Source of the DNA: Paraspadella gotoi
Taxonomy: Eukaryota; Animalia; Chaetognatha
Direction: 5' to 3'
NCBI GenBank assembly: GCA_051294375.1
Contig: CM119264.1
Span: forward strand, 11,383,832-11,447,831
DNA length: 64,000 nt
A model generated the notes under the pieces. The model was given only the letters and a program-made list of their open reading frames with translations. It was not told the DNA's origin and made no database searches. A program made the position numbers and the translations under genes. Below are positions 24,089 to 38,219 of the stretch, in pieces; the stretch's first letter is position 1; the number at the start of each line of letters is the position of its first letter.

Positions 24089-27000
24089 TAGATAGAGATA
24101 GAGAGGGAAAGTTGAATCGCTTAACGGTTAACCTCAGATTTATTTCGTTGCTATTTTTTGTGGATTCACTCCAGCAGTTTGAGCTATTAATTCATATTTA
24201 ATTAATTTTTACTAACTTTTTGTTAATTATCTAATAGTTAGAACAAACTTTCAAATTAATTTTTTTACTTTATCCGTAATAACGAAGTATAGGTATTAAA
24301 ATCCGATTGCTAAAGTATTGTCGGCGGAAAGACTAAAAGGAAAAGAACCTCAAAGAATCGGGGTAAGAGATCTGGCGGAAATGTAGCGGAATGTAGGTAA
24401 TGGGCAGCGACTCATGGGGCGAGAGAAACAGAAGTGCGAATTGGGAGCGAAGGGTCAATGGTTTTCGAAGGGCAAAAGGGAAGGGTCGCAAGGCGGGGTG
24501 GGGAAAAAGTGAAGGTTGGGTGGGAAGAAGTGTGAGTTCAGAGAAAAGTCAAATTATCTTTTGAAAAAACGAGAATTTAACTAAAGATGAAAGAACAAGA
24601 AAGAAATGAAAACTTCCCCGAAGACTCAATTCTTTCCTTTCAGATTGATGTCAAATCACTGACAATATGACAAAAATCATAGTCACTTTTCATTTAATAT
24701 GACAAATGCTATTCCTATCTATGACACGTTTATATTCGAACAGTCGTGACAAAATGTAATATTTCAATGGTTGAAGATAAAAGATAAAAACCGACAGTGA
24801 CGAGCGGATGGAAAGTTTCAATCGATGAAAAAAAAACTGGACGGATGAAATGAAATTGTTGAAGGATCACTGATCACTGATCAGTCGCAAAGGCCATCGC
24901 ATGAATGGAAAAAAACCGCGAGGAAAAAAAAATGATCCGACCTCGCTGTCCCGACGCAAAGTCGTTGGGTTGAAATAAGTAGGAGCGCGAGAATCGGTCA
25001 GGTCTTTCGGGAATTCCCCGCGTATGGAGTTTATCGAGGATCGCCTAGGAGGTCGTTTCATTGATTAGCGTCATGGGACGTTTCCTAGTTTTTAAAGACT
25101 CGTTTTAGTTACGCTTTGAAATATTCATTACGGCATGGAAAACTATCCGAAAATACTAGAAAAGTTTAATAAACTAATAAACTGGATTAAACGACAAACA
25201 AATGTTCGCTTCTGGTTCCCTTTTGTCTTGATCGATGCTCGACGCACCGCGATTCTCTCTCCGCTTAATTATCTCCTTTGGGATTCGTTTGCCGATCCGC
25301 GGGGGATTTCTGGCCGGCGCTGGCATTGCATAATACGGAGCAGTCGTCGATGCGAGAACCGGCGGAGGAATGAGGGAAAAGGAAAATGGGCTCAACGAAG
25401 ATGGAAAGGGTAACGTCCTATTGAATTATAATAGAGAACATAAAGCTTGACTTTCGTTCAGTTGATTAATCATATGAAGTCTCGTTTTTTTTCTCGCCTT
25501 TCCGTTCCCGCAATTGGAAAAAACGCCTTGCGTCGTCGTTCAATCACCTCGGAAACGAAAGAATAAAAGTCCGGATTTATTATAAAATACGGCCTCTTGA
25601 GGCAAAAATCAAACAAAAAAGGGCAATTCGATAAAAAAAATCCTCCCTTGGGTTCGACCTCCCGATTTCCAGAGAGAAGGGGAGATTTCAATTTCCTCGC
25701 ACTGGCTTATTGATCAAGTCATTGGGGTCATCGGCGTCATTTAGTCATCGAGTCATATAGTCATCGGTGAAGCGTTGAGAGTCGTTGGCGGAGCGTTTGG
25801 CGTCATTGATAAAATCGCGAAAAACATGAGGAAGTACAAGACGACTAATCCTTGAGCGAATTAACTTTCACGACGATAACATCGAGAAGCAAGACGAACA
25901 AGTACAAAAACAACAGCACCAACCCGCGTTGGTTATATCGAGGGCGACAAACTCGAAATCAATAAACAGTGAAACTCTTTCGTCCTTCTCACATGGTTAG
26001 CAATCTGCAAAACTGGAGCCAAGTTTAGATCACCGACGAGACAATCACAACGACGTAGACAACGACGACAACGGCGTCGACGTGAGGTCGTTCCGCCTCG
26101 TGTGAGGGATGGTCGATGGCGTGGCTCACTGAGAAAGACAAAGGCATCGACGACGACGACGGACGACGACGACGACGCGACGACGACGGGCACTCCGAAC
26201 AACCTTCGTACAAAGGATTTTCACAGAGAGAAAACGCAGCAAAAGATTAAGAAGATCATTTAAGGAGGAGATAGTGATACGCAGAGATTAAAAAACTTTA
26301 ATCAGGAAAGTCGAAGGTGAATATTGTTTAGGACTTAGACTATGTAAGTCACTTTCGAAATACTAAAATACCTAACGAATAAAGAGCCATGGTTAAACAT
26401 TCTTTATTAAAACGAAAAATACTTTTGTATTATAAAAACAAAAAATCTTAAAACGTGTCACCTGTCAGAGAGCGTTTTAACTTTTAACTCAAGGTAAGTA
26501 CTACTAACGTTTTTTTCTCACAGCAACGAGCCAGAAAAGGTTGAGGTTAGCGGAAAAGGAAAAAAAAGGAAACAAACGAGAAAAAAGACTGACGTCGCGG
26601 GAATTTCAGCGGCGGATGGCGGCGGCGGCGGTGGCGGCGGGCAGGCGGAGGGGTGGGAGGAGATGGCCAAGCCGTTACTTAAACCCGCTAATTGCTTCAC
26701 GTCTTGTTAACGAGGCGTTAATGAAGTTTCCTGTGATTGCGTGGATTTCTCACGTCGTTTAAACCTTTATCGAAACGTTGGTAAATCAATTGATTGCATG
26801 TGAATAAGTGTAGGAGAAAAAAATGGTTTAATTGAAGTAAACCGTGGTTTTCAACGGAAGGAAGAGGGAGGAAAAATAGAGAAAAGAGAGAGGCGAGTCG
26901 GCGATACGGCGCGACGCCCTTGACGATGAGAAGATACGAACGAATTGAAATAAACAAACGAAAACAAACGAACTCGGCGCGAGAAGGAACCGAGAAAGAG

Positions 27001-28783
27001 GAAGCGAAGAGAAGACAAGCGGAAAGGAGAAGCGGAAACGGAGAAAGGAAAAGCGACGCGACTACAGAAGATCGATTGCTCTTTTCTTTATCGTCGAGAG
27101 CCATGTTCCAAAAAGCGCACCGAAGATGGAACCTGAGGCTGGGAAATGTCGGACAGACGGATGAGAAGGAAGGAAGGGAGGAAGAGGGAGAAGGGAGGAG
27201 AGACGTCCAACCGTCATCGTCGACGCTCCGTCGCGTTCAGAGTTACGCCCTCCACCGTTCATTACTTGGTGGGCGTGGCGGGAGAGGCGGAGATGATAGA
27301 AGGAAGAGGGGCGGAGGACGAGGGGATGAGGTCGGGGGGTCGGTTGGGGGAGATGATGTGGAGAAGGAGGTGGAGAGGGGTAGGAAAGGAGGTCAGGGGC
27401 GAGAGTCGAGCAGACGAAGGGATGAGAGTTAGATCGGAGGTTCTGACGAAAGGTTGTATGACTATGAGCAACGTTGAAGGGTCAGGGTCGGATTGTGGTA
27501 ATTAAAACATTAAAGATGACCTTCTTGCATCGAGATGTGGTTATTTAGGGTGTTAAGTGTGCTATGCCTATGGCTGGATTTTTATGATTGCAATAAATAT
27601 TTAAACGCATTTTTTTATTTTAAAAAAAGAAGAATGATTTATTTTATCTATCGTTATGATTCCCAATTTTTTTTTTTGCCCGTATTTTTTTTTCAGAAAA
27701 ATAAGCGAGTGCACTATTAAGTCATCCTAGTGGATAAATCATTGTTAGGAGAAATGAGAGAAAAAAGGCGTAGGAAGGGAGAGAGGACGACGACGACGAC
27801 GACGACGACGGACGACGACGACGACGAAGGTCGATAACAGCGACGAGAACGAAGACATAGAAAATCAACGGAAATGACGATGAAGACGAATAAACTCTAA
27901 ACTATTAACAACATCAAAAATAAAAATCATCAACTACCTGAAACGACGACAACGAGCGTCGACGACGGAAACGACGGTAACGACGACGAAGACGGACGAC
28001 GACGACGAAAAGAAATTAAAAAGCCAAAACAGTTGTGAGAATAAGTTTGAATTGAGGTTTAGAACCGCATGAAATGGTATTTACAGAGAGCGAAGAAAAC
28101 TACGACAATTGTAGTTGACTCAAGTTGACTCAAAAATGACGATGACGACGATGACAAAAGTGACGACAGTGACGACGACGACAAAGGGACGACAGTGACG
28201 ACGACGTAAGTGCGAGAGAATGACACGTGATGGGTTGTAAATCGCGCTGTCGCAAGGACCCGATTCGAAAATAGTAAAAGGGAAAAAAATGAAGACGAGA
28301 AAATGTGAGAAAAAAAGTGGGCGAGTCTTGACCTTTGACCTTTCGACTTCGACGAAGTGAAAATAGAAACGAGAGAAAAAGTAAAGAAAGGAAAAAAAAA
28401 AGGATAAATAAGGGAGCAGCTGCGAAGAGAGAAAGAAAGCGAAGAAAGAGCGGAGAAGAAAGAAAAGTCGAGTCGAAGAAAAAAGGACAAGAGAAAACAA
28501 CGATTGTTTTTTTATTTTATTTGTACGTAGCTATAGATAGCGTAGCGCTACATATCAAGATATTTATTTCTTATTATTATTTATTGGTTTTTTTCTTGAT
28601 ATGTTTTAGAATTTTGATGTTTATTTCTCAAATGTGGCGAGTTTTAACGAAGGGATAAATTTCTCTGAGAATATTTGAAGTGGGAATGAAGGGAAAAAAA
28701 GAAGGCAAAGAAAGAAAACGAGTATAGAATTAGAACTAAAAAACCGGCTCCGCCCACTTTAGGAGAGAGAGGAGAGAGAGACA

Positions 28784-28855
<72 letters not shown>

Positions 28856-29348
28856 CCGATACTACTACGAAATAAAAGAAAAAAAAAATAAGGACGCTAA
28901 AATATCGAGGAAAAGAGAGTAGCGACGATGAAAGAATTAGATTCTCTTGTCTCTCTTTCTTTCTCTCTCACTCCTTTCGTTTCTCTCGGGGCTTCGGATT
29001 AAAAGCATCCGCCGGTTTTAATGGATCCGTCGGTCTGTCGGTCCGTCGGTCTCGCGGTCGTCGGTCGGCCAGCGGCTCGTGATGGTTTTCATAATGACAT
29101 TGAGCATTAGAGATTGAAGATGATTTTCGAATGGTGCTAATCATGCGCTAATCATGGCGCTTCGGTTCTGCCGCGGCACCGCGGATACTACTCGCTCGCT
29201 CTTTCGCTCGCTCTTTCGATGGCTCTCTCGCTCGCTCGCGGCCCTGAAGCGCGAGCCGGGTCGGGACGGCGACGCCGGCCGAGCGACCGCCGCGAGAGCC
29301 GAACCGAGAGTCTTTCCCAGTCTCTCGCGAACTTCACGTTTTTTTAAG

Positions 29349-29381
<33 letters not shown>

Positions 29382-29394
29382 GTCTCTCTCTCTC

Positions 29395-29428
<34 letters not shown>

Positions 29429-29896
29429 TCTCTTCTCTCGCTCTCTCTCTCTTCTCTAGTTTCTATCTCTCGCTTTGGCGCGATTTCGCCTGCGCAGCCA
29501 GAGACAGATCAAACGTCGATAGATCCGTAAAGACGAGAGTTCGATAAGACGCTCCAGGGGGAGGAGACGGGGGTGACAACTCAGGATCGAATGTGAGACG
29601 AGAGAAGTAAAGCGAGTTGTGACACAATGTTGATGCTTTCATTATCCAATCTAATTTTAACTCATACGTAATTTTCACTTAGATTCAATTCTATCACTGA
29701 GTTTGCCGATTGCCAAAGCTAATAATCTACAAACGGTCAAAGTTTCTCTTTTTTTCTTTCTTTTTTTTCTTCTTTTCTTTCTTTCTTTCTTTCTTTCTTT
29801 TCTTTCTTTTCTTTCTTTCTCTTCTTTCTTTCTTTCTTTCTTTCTTTCTTCTTTCTCTATATTTCTCTCTCTCTCTCTCTCTCTCTCCTCTCTCTG

Positions 29897-29931
<35 letters not shown>

Positions 29932-30026
29932 CTTTCTTTGAAATTCTATCTTTCTTCTCTTCTTTCTTTCTCTTTCTTTCTTTCTTTCTTTCTTCTTTCT
30001 TTCTTCACCTCTCTCTCTCTTTCTCT

Positions 30027-30087
<61 letters not shown>

Positions 30088-30517
30088 TCATCTCTTCTCT
30101 CTCAATTTGTCAACTTTTTTTTCTCAATTTGGTGTTCGCAACTTTCCCGGCTATGAATCCAATTTCTCTTTCCTTTCTTTTTTTTTCTCGTCAGCCTCCA
30201 ATGCCATTAGCACCTCCCGCTCCGGCATTACTGTCCCTCTCTCTCTTTTTCTTTTTTCTCTCTCTTTCTCTCTCTTTCTTCTCGCCAAAACTTTTCTTTT
30301 TGTCTTTCTTCTTTTCTCTGGTATATTTACCTTCTCTCCAGTTTTTGATTGGTTTTTCCGCGAACCAATCAAGTTAGTCGCTTGATCGCACTGCGGTGGC
30401 GCCACCCAGTCCCCCCTCAATGCCCTCTCTCTCTCTCTCTCTCTCTCTCCTCTCTTTTCTCTCTCTCTCTCTCTCTCCTCTCTTCTCTCTCTCTCTCTCT
30501 CTTCTTCTCTCTCGCTC
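22835..30517 (+). repeat. 7.7 kb unit, copy B (direct repeat of A)
   Basis: Constant offset of 8865 from copy A over the first ~1.95 kb, then frequent 1-bp indels; ends at a 25-N gap. Confidence 0.95.
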
Positions 30518-30542
30518 NNNNNNNNNNNNNNNNNNNNNNNNN

Positions 30543-30904
30543 GAGAGAGAGAGAGAGAGAGAGAGAGAGGGCATTGAGGGGGACTGGGTGGCGCCACCGC
30601 AGTGCGATCAAGCGACTAACTTGATTGGTTCGCGGAAAAACCAATCAAAAAAACTGAGAGAAGGTAATATACCAGAGAAAAGAAGAAAGACAAAAGAAAA
30701 AGTTTGGCGAGAAGAAAGAGAGAGAAAGAGAGAGAAAAAAGAAAAAGAGAGAGAGGGACAGTAATGCCGGAGGCGGGGAGGTGCCTAATGGCTTGGAGGC
30801 TGACAGAAAAAAAAAAGAAAAGGAAAGAGAAATTGGATTCATAGCCGGGAAAGTTGCGAACACCAAATGGAAAAAAAGTTGACGAAATTGAGAGAGAGAG
30901 AGAT

Positions 30905-30970
<66 letters not shown>

Positions 30971-31068
30971 AGAGAGAAGAGAGAGAGAGTGAAGAAAGAA
31001 AGAAAGAAAGAAAGAAAAGAAAGAAAGAGAAAGAAAGAAAGAAAGAAAGAAAGAATTTCAAAGATAAG

Positions 31069-31138
<70 letters not shown>

Positions 31139-31150
31139 TGAAGAAAGAAA

Positions 31151-31223
<73 letters not shown>

Positions 31224-31538
31224 AAAAAAAAAGAAAGAAAAAAAAGAGAAACTTTGACCGTTTGTAGATTATTAGCTTTGGCAATTCGGCAAACTCAGTG
31301 AATAGAATTGAATCTAGTGAAAATTACGTGATGAGGTTAAAATTAGATTGGATAATGAAAGCATCAAATTGTGTCACAACTCGCTTTACTTCTCTCGTCT
31401 CACATTCGATCCTGAGTTGTCACCCCCGTCTCCTCCCCCTGGAGCGTCTTATCGAACTCTCGTCTTTACGGATTCCATCGACGTTTGACTCTGTCTCTGG
31501 CTGCGAAGGCGAATCGCGCCAAAGCGAGAGATAGAAAC

Positions 31539-31587
<49 letters not shown>

Positions 31588-32081
31588 AAAAAAACGTGAA
31601 GTTCGCGAGAGACTGGGAAAGATCTCGGTTCGGCTCTCGCGGCGTCGCTCGGCCGGCGTCGCCGTCCCGACCCCGGCTCGCGCTTCAGGGCCGCGAGCGA
31701 GCGAGAGAGCGAGCGAAAGAGCGAGCGAAAGAGCGAGCGAGTAGTATCCGCGGTGCCGCGGGCAGAACCGAAGCGCCATGATTAGCGTCATGATTAGCAC
31801 CATTCGAAAATCATCTTCAATCTCTAATGCTCAATGTCATTATGAAGAACCATCACGAGCCGCTGGCCGACCGACCGACCGACGGACCGACGGACCGACA
31901 GACCGACGGATCCATTAAAACCGGCGGATGCTTTTTAATCCGAAGCCCCGAAGAACGAAAGGAGTGAGAGAGAAAGAAAGAGAGACAGAGAATCTAATTC
32001 TTTCATCGTCGCTACTCTCTTTTCCCTCGATATTTTTAGCGTCCTTTTGTTTTTTTTCCTTTTATTTCGTAGTAGTATCGG

Positions 32082-32135
<54 letters not shown>

Positions 32136-33143
32136 GTCTCTCTCTCTGTCTCTCTCTCTCTTCATCTCTCTCTACTTCTCTCTCTCTCCATCTCTCTCTC
32201 CTAAAGTGGGCGGAGCCGGTTTTTTAGTTCTAATTCTATACTCGTTTTCTTTCTTTGCCTTCTTTTTTTCCCTTCAATCCCACTTCAAATATTCTCGAGT
32301 AATTTATCCCTTCGTTAAAACTCGTCACATTTGAGAAATAAAACATCAAAATTCTAAAAACATATCAAGAAAAAAAACCAATAATAATAATTAAGAAATA
32401 AAGTATCTTGATATGTAGCGCTACGCTATCTATAGCTACGTACAAATAAAATAAAAAAACAATCGTTGTTTTCTCTTGTCCTTTTTTCTTTCGACTCGAC
32501 TTTTCTTTCTTCTCCGCCTCTTTCTTCGCTTTCTTTTCTCTCTTCGCAGCTGCTCCCTTATTTCTATCCTTTTTTTTTCTCCTTTCTTTACTTTTTCTCT
32601 CGTTTCTATTTTCACTTCGTCGAAGTCGAAAGGTCAAAGGTCAAGACTCGCCCACTTTTTTTCTCACATTTTCTCGTCTTCATTTTTTTCCCTTTTACTA
32701 TTTTCGAATCGGGTCCTTGCGACAGCGCGATTTACAACCCATCACGTGTCATTCTCTCGCACTTACGTCGTCGTCACTGTCGTCCCTCTTGTCGTCGTCG
32801 TCACTGTCGTCACTTTTGTCATCGTCGTCATCGTCATTTTTGAGTCAACTTGAGTCAACTACAATTGTCGTAGTTTTCTTCGCTCTCTGTAAATACCATT
32901 TCATGCGGTTCTAAAACCTCAATTCAAACTTATCTCTACACTGTTTTGGCTTTTTAATTCTTTTCGTCGTCGTCGTCGTCTTCGTCGTCGTTACCGTCGT
33001 TTCCGTCGTCGACGTCGTTGTCGTCGTTTCAGGTAGTTGATGATTTTATTTTTTGATGTTGTTAATAGTTTAGAGTTTTATTCGTCTTCATCGTCATTTC
33101 CGTTGATTTTCTATGTCTTCGTTCTCGTCGCTGTTATCGACCT

Positions 33144-33181
<38 letters not shown>

Positions 33182-36100
33182 CTCTCTCCCTTCCTACGCC
33201 TTTTTTCCTCTCATTTCTCCTAACAATGATTTATCCACTTAGGATGACTTAATAGTGCACTCGCTTATTTTTCTGGAAAAAAAAATACGGGCAAAAAAAT
33301 AAAATTGGGAATCATAACGATAGATAAAATAAATCATTTCTTCTTTTTTAAAATAAAAAAAATGCGTTTAATATTTATTGCATTCAATAAAAATCCAGCC
33401 ATAGGCATAGCACTCTTAACACCCTAAATAACCACATCTCGATGCAAGACAGGTCATCTTTAATGTTTTACTTACCACAATCCGACCTGACCCTTCAACG
33501 TTGCTCATAGTCATACCCTTTCGTCCAGAACCTCCCAGTCTAACTCTATCCCTTCGTCTTGCTCGACCTCTCCGCCCCTCGACCTCTTCCCTACCCCCTT
33601 CCACCTCCTTCTCCACATTCATCTCCCCCACAACCCCGCCCGACCTCATCCCCTCGTCCTCCGCCCCCTCTTCCTTCTATCCTCCGCCTCTCCGCCACGC
33701 CCACCAAGTAATGAAGGTGGAGGGCGTAACTCTGACGCGACGGAGCGTCGACGATGACGAGTTGGACGTCTCTCTCTCCCTCTCTCCCTCTCCTCCCTTC
33801 CTTCCTTCTCAGTCCGTCTGTCCGACATTTCCCAGCCTCGGTTCCATCCTTCGGTGCGCTTTTGGAACTGGCTCTCGACGATAAAGAAAAAGAGAATCGA
33901 TCTTCTGTAGTCGCGTCGCTTTTTCCTTCTCGTTTCCGCTTTTCCTTTCCGCTTGTCTTCTCTTCGCTTCCTCTTTCTCGTTCCTTCTCGCGCCGATGTT
34001 CGTTTGTTCGTTTGTTTATTTCAATTCGTTCGTTCTTCTCATCGGTCAAGGGCGTCGCGCCGTTCGCCGACTCGCCTCTCTTTTCTCTATTTTTCCCCGG
34101 CCTCTCTTCCGTTGAAAACCACGGTTTACTTCAATTAAACCATTTTTTTTCTCCTTACCTTATTCACTGCAATCAATTGATTTACCAACGTTCGATAAAG
34201 GTTTTAACGACGGTGAGAAATCCCACGCAATCACAGGAAACTTCATTAACGCCTCGTTAACAAGACGTGGAAGCAATTAGCGGGTTTAAGAACGGCGTTG
34301 GCCATCTCCTCCCACCCCTCCGCCGCCGCCGCCGCCGCCGCCTCCGCCGCTGCAAATTCCCGCGACGCAGTCTTTTTTCTCGTTTGTTTCCTTTTTTTTT
34401 TCCTTTTCCGCTAAACCTCACCTTTTCTTGGCGTCGTTGCTTGGTGAGAAAAACGTTAGTAGTACTTACCTTGAGTTAAAAGTTAAAACGCTCTCTGACA
34501 GGTTGACACGTTTAAGATTTTCTGTTTTTATATATACTATAAAATTATTTTTCGTTTTATAAAGATGTTTAACCATGGCTCTTTATTTCGTTTAGGTATT
34601 TTAGTATTTCGAAAGTGACTTACAAATAGTCTAAGTCCTAAAACAATATTCCACCTTCGACTTTCCTGATTAAAGTTTTTAATCTCTGCGTTATCACTTA
34701 TCTCCTCCTTAAATTGATCTTCTCTAATCTTTCGCTGCGTTTCTCTTTGTGAAAATCCTTTGTACGAAAGGTTGTTCGGAGTGCCCGTCGTCGTCGTCCT
34801 CGTCGTCGTCGTCGTCGTCGTTGTCGTCGTCGTCGTCGTCGTCGTCGATGCCTTTTGTCTTTCTCAGTGAGCCACGCCCATCGACCATCCCTCACACGAG
34901 GCGGAACGACCTCACGTCGACGCCGTTGTCGTCGTTGTCTACGTCGTTGTGATTGTCTCCGTCGGTGATCTAAACTTGGCTCCAGTTTTGGCAGAATTGC
35001 TCACCATGTTGGAAGGACGAAAGAGTTCACTGTTTATTGATTTCGAGTTTGTCGCCCTCGATATACACCAACGCGGGTTGGTGCTGTTGTTTTTTGTACT
35101 TGTTCGTCTTGCTTCTCGATGTTATCGTCGTTGAAAGTTAATTCGCTCAAGGATTAGTCGTCTTGTACTTCCTCATGTTTTCGCGATTTATCAATGACGC
35201 CGATCGCTTCGCCAACGACTCTCAACGCTTCACCGATGACTAAATGACTCGATGACTAAATGACGCCGATGACCCCAATGACTCGATCAATGAGCCAGTG
35301 CGAGGAAATTGAAATCTCCCCTTCTCTCTGGAAATCGCGAGGGTCGAAACCAAGGGAGAATTTTTTTATCGAATTGCCTTTTTTGTTTTGATTTTTGCCT
35401 CAAGAGGCCGTATTTTATAATAAATCCGGACTTTTATTCTTTCGTTTCCGAGGTGACTGAACGACGACGCAAGGCGTTTTCCAATTGCGGAACGGAAAGG
35501 CGAGAAAAAAACGAGACTTCATATGATTAATTGTACTGAAACGAAAGTCAAGCTTTATGTTCTCTATTATAATTCAATAGGACGTTACCCTTTCCATCTT
35601 CGTTGAGCCGATTTTCCCTTTTCCCCTCATTTCCTCCGCGGTTCTCGCCATCGACGACTGCTCCCGTATTTATGCCAACGCCCAGCGCCGGCCCAGAAAT
35701 CCCCCGCGGGATCGCAAACGAATCCCAAAGGGAGATAATTAAGCGGAGAGAGAATCGCGGTGCGTCGAGCATCGATCAAGACAAAAGGGAACCAGAAGCG
35801 ACATTTGTTTGTCGTTTATCCAGTTTATTAGTTTAATTAAACTTTTCTAGTATTTTCGGATAGTTTCCATGGCGTAATGAATATTTCGAAGCGTAACTAA
35901 AACGAGTCTTTAAAAACTAGCAAACGTCCCCATTGACGCTAATCCAAATGAACGACCTCCTAGGCGATCCTCGATAAAACTCCATACGCGGGGAATTCCC
36001 GAAGACCTGACCCGATTCTCGCGCTCCTACTTATTCTCAACCCCAACGACTTTGCGTCGGGACAGCGAGGTCGGATCATTTTTTTTTTCCTTCGCGGTTT

Positions 36101-38219
36101 TTTTCCATTCCTGCGATTGGCCTTTGCGACTGATCAGTGATCAGTGATCCCATTCAACAATTTCATTTCATCCGTCCAGTTTTTTTTTCATCGATTGAAA
36201 CCTTTCCATCCGCTCGTCCACTGTCGGTTTTATCTTTTATCTTCAACCATTGAAATATTACATTTTGTCACGACTGTTCGAAGTATAAACGTGTCATAGA
36301 TAGGAATAGCATTTGTCATATTTAAATGAAAAAGTGACTATGATTTTTGTCATATTGTCCAGTGATTTGACATCAATCTGAAAGGAAAGAATTGAGTCTT
36401 CGGGGAAGTTTTCATTTCCTTTCTTGTCTCTTTCATCTTTAGTTAAATTCTCGTTATTTTCAAAAGATAATTTGACTTTTTCCTCTGAACCTCACCTTCT
36501 TCCCGACCCAACCTTCCCTTTTTCCCCACCCCGCCTTTGCGACCCTTCCCTTTTGCCCTTCGAAAACCCATTGACCCTTCGCTCCCAATTCGCACGTCTG
36601 TTTCTCTCGCCCCATGAGTCGCTGCCCATTACCTACATTCCGCTACATTTCCCGCCAGATCTCTTACCCGATTCTTTGAGGTTCTTTTCCTTTTAGTCTT
36701 TCCGCCGACAATACTTTAGCAATCGGATTTTAATACCTATACTTCGTTATTTACGGATAAAGTAAAAAAAAAATTAATTTTGAAAGTTTGTTCTAAACTA
36801 TTAGATAATTAACAAAAAAGTTAGTAAAATTAATTATTATGAATTAATAGGCTCAAACTGCTGGAGTGAATCACAAAAAAGTAGCAACGAAATAAAATCT
36901 GAGGTTAACCGTTAAGCGATTCAACTTTCCCTCTCTATCTCTATTCTATCTTCTATCTCTCTCTCTCTCTCTTTCTTCTCTCTCTCTCCTCTCTTCTCTC
37001 TCTCTCTCTCTCTCTCCTCTGCTCAGTCTCGTAAACCCTCACCCTTTGGCCTGGAATCTTCACCCACAAGTTTTCAAACGCATAAACTCATTCTTCTCCG
37101 CTCCGCGCGCTGAGGCGTATCCTTGGCTGTCACTTGATGATTTGTTGGCCGAGAGCCTTCGCTTTGCGGCGTCGTCGGCGCGCTGACGAGACTGACGGCG
37201 GACTGCGGCGCGCTCTCGGCGCTCGAGGTGGGCGCTAATCACCGGCGCCTTTTTTCCCCGATGATTTTTTTCGCGCGATGCCTAAATATCATCAGCCTTG
37301 AACGTTTATGACTTCCTCGGCGCGGAGAGTCGAGTTGTGGGCATTGTAGGGGGGGGCGGGGTGGGGGAGGGGAAGAAAATGGCGGTAGGGGCGGGGGTTG
37401 TTGTAAAAGAAAATGAAATAAGAGAAGGAAGGACGGCGGGGGAGAAGATCTGTGCGTAAAATAATTGCGAAGAAAAGATGAGAAGATTGAGATGAAAAAG
37501 TGAAGAGGTTGAAGATATTCAGGATCGTTGCTACGGGAAACCATGAAGAAACTTTCAATTCATATTTTGTTTCGTCATTTAATTATTTAAAAATAAAAAT
37601 ATTGATGGGAGGATATATATTTTATTTAATGAGTGGGACGAATCCTTTTATTATTTTTCAAGAAATACCACGCTTCCCATCTTTCCAGCGAGAGCTGATA
37701 ATTTTTCTTTTCTGCAAAAACGGATTGCAAGATGGAAAGCTAGAGCTGATAAGAGTAGAAATAAGAACATGAAAATATTATAAAGTTATACATTTTGTAA
37801 AAATTCAAAAGGGGTTCAGAGGGGAAAGAAAAAAGTGGAAAGAAGAGCAAGCGCATGAGAAAAAAGGAGGGGAAATGATAAAAGGGAAAAGAAAAGAAAA
37901 AAGGATTAGAAAATAAAAAAAGAATAGGAAAAGAATCCGGTTGGAAAGAAATAGAAGCACGAGTCACAAAGAGAGAGAAAGAATCGGCGGTGGAGGAGAA
38001 AGAGAGAAAAGGGAAAGTTAAGGCGGGAAAAGATGTCAGAATGGAAAAGGAAAAGCGTAACAGTTGCAACTTGCATGTTGTGAAACCGGAACAGGTTGAT
38101 TGATCTCCAGGGATGAGAACGTGAATCTCGTAAAGGTTCAAGAAAATTGTTCCGTGAGGTCATCGTGCGAATGAGCGAAAAGTATATGAGAATATAAGGT
38201 TTAGGGTCGAATGTAATCA
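30543..38219 (-). repeat. 7.7 kb unit, copy C (inverted)
   Basis: Starts GAGA..GGCATTGAGGGGGACTGGGTGGCGCC (rc of the end of B) and ends GGTTTAGGGTCGAATG (rc of the start of A/B), then runs into unique sequence. Confidence 0.95.

Noticed and set aside
22835-38219. Giant foldback transposon or hairpin-ended replicon
   Set aside because: No transposase, resolvase or polymerase ORF and no TSD; arms meet at an assembly gap and differ by sequencing-type indels.
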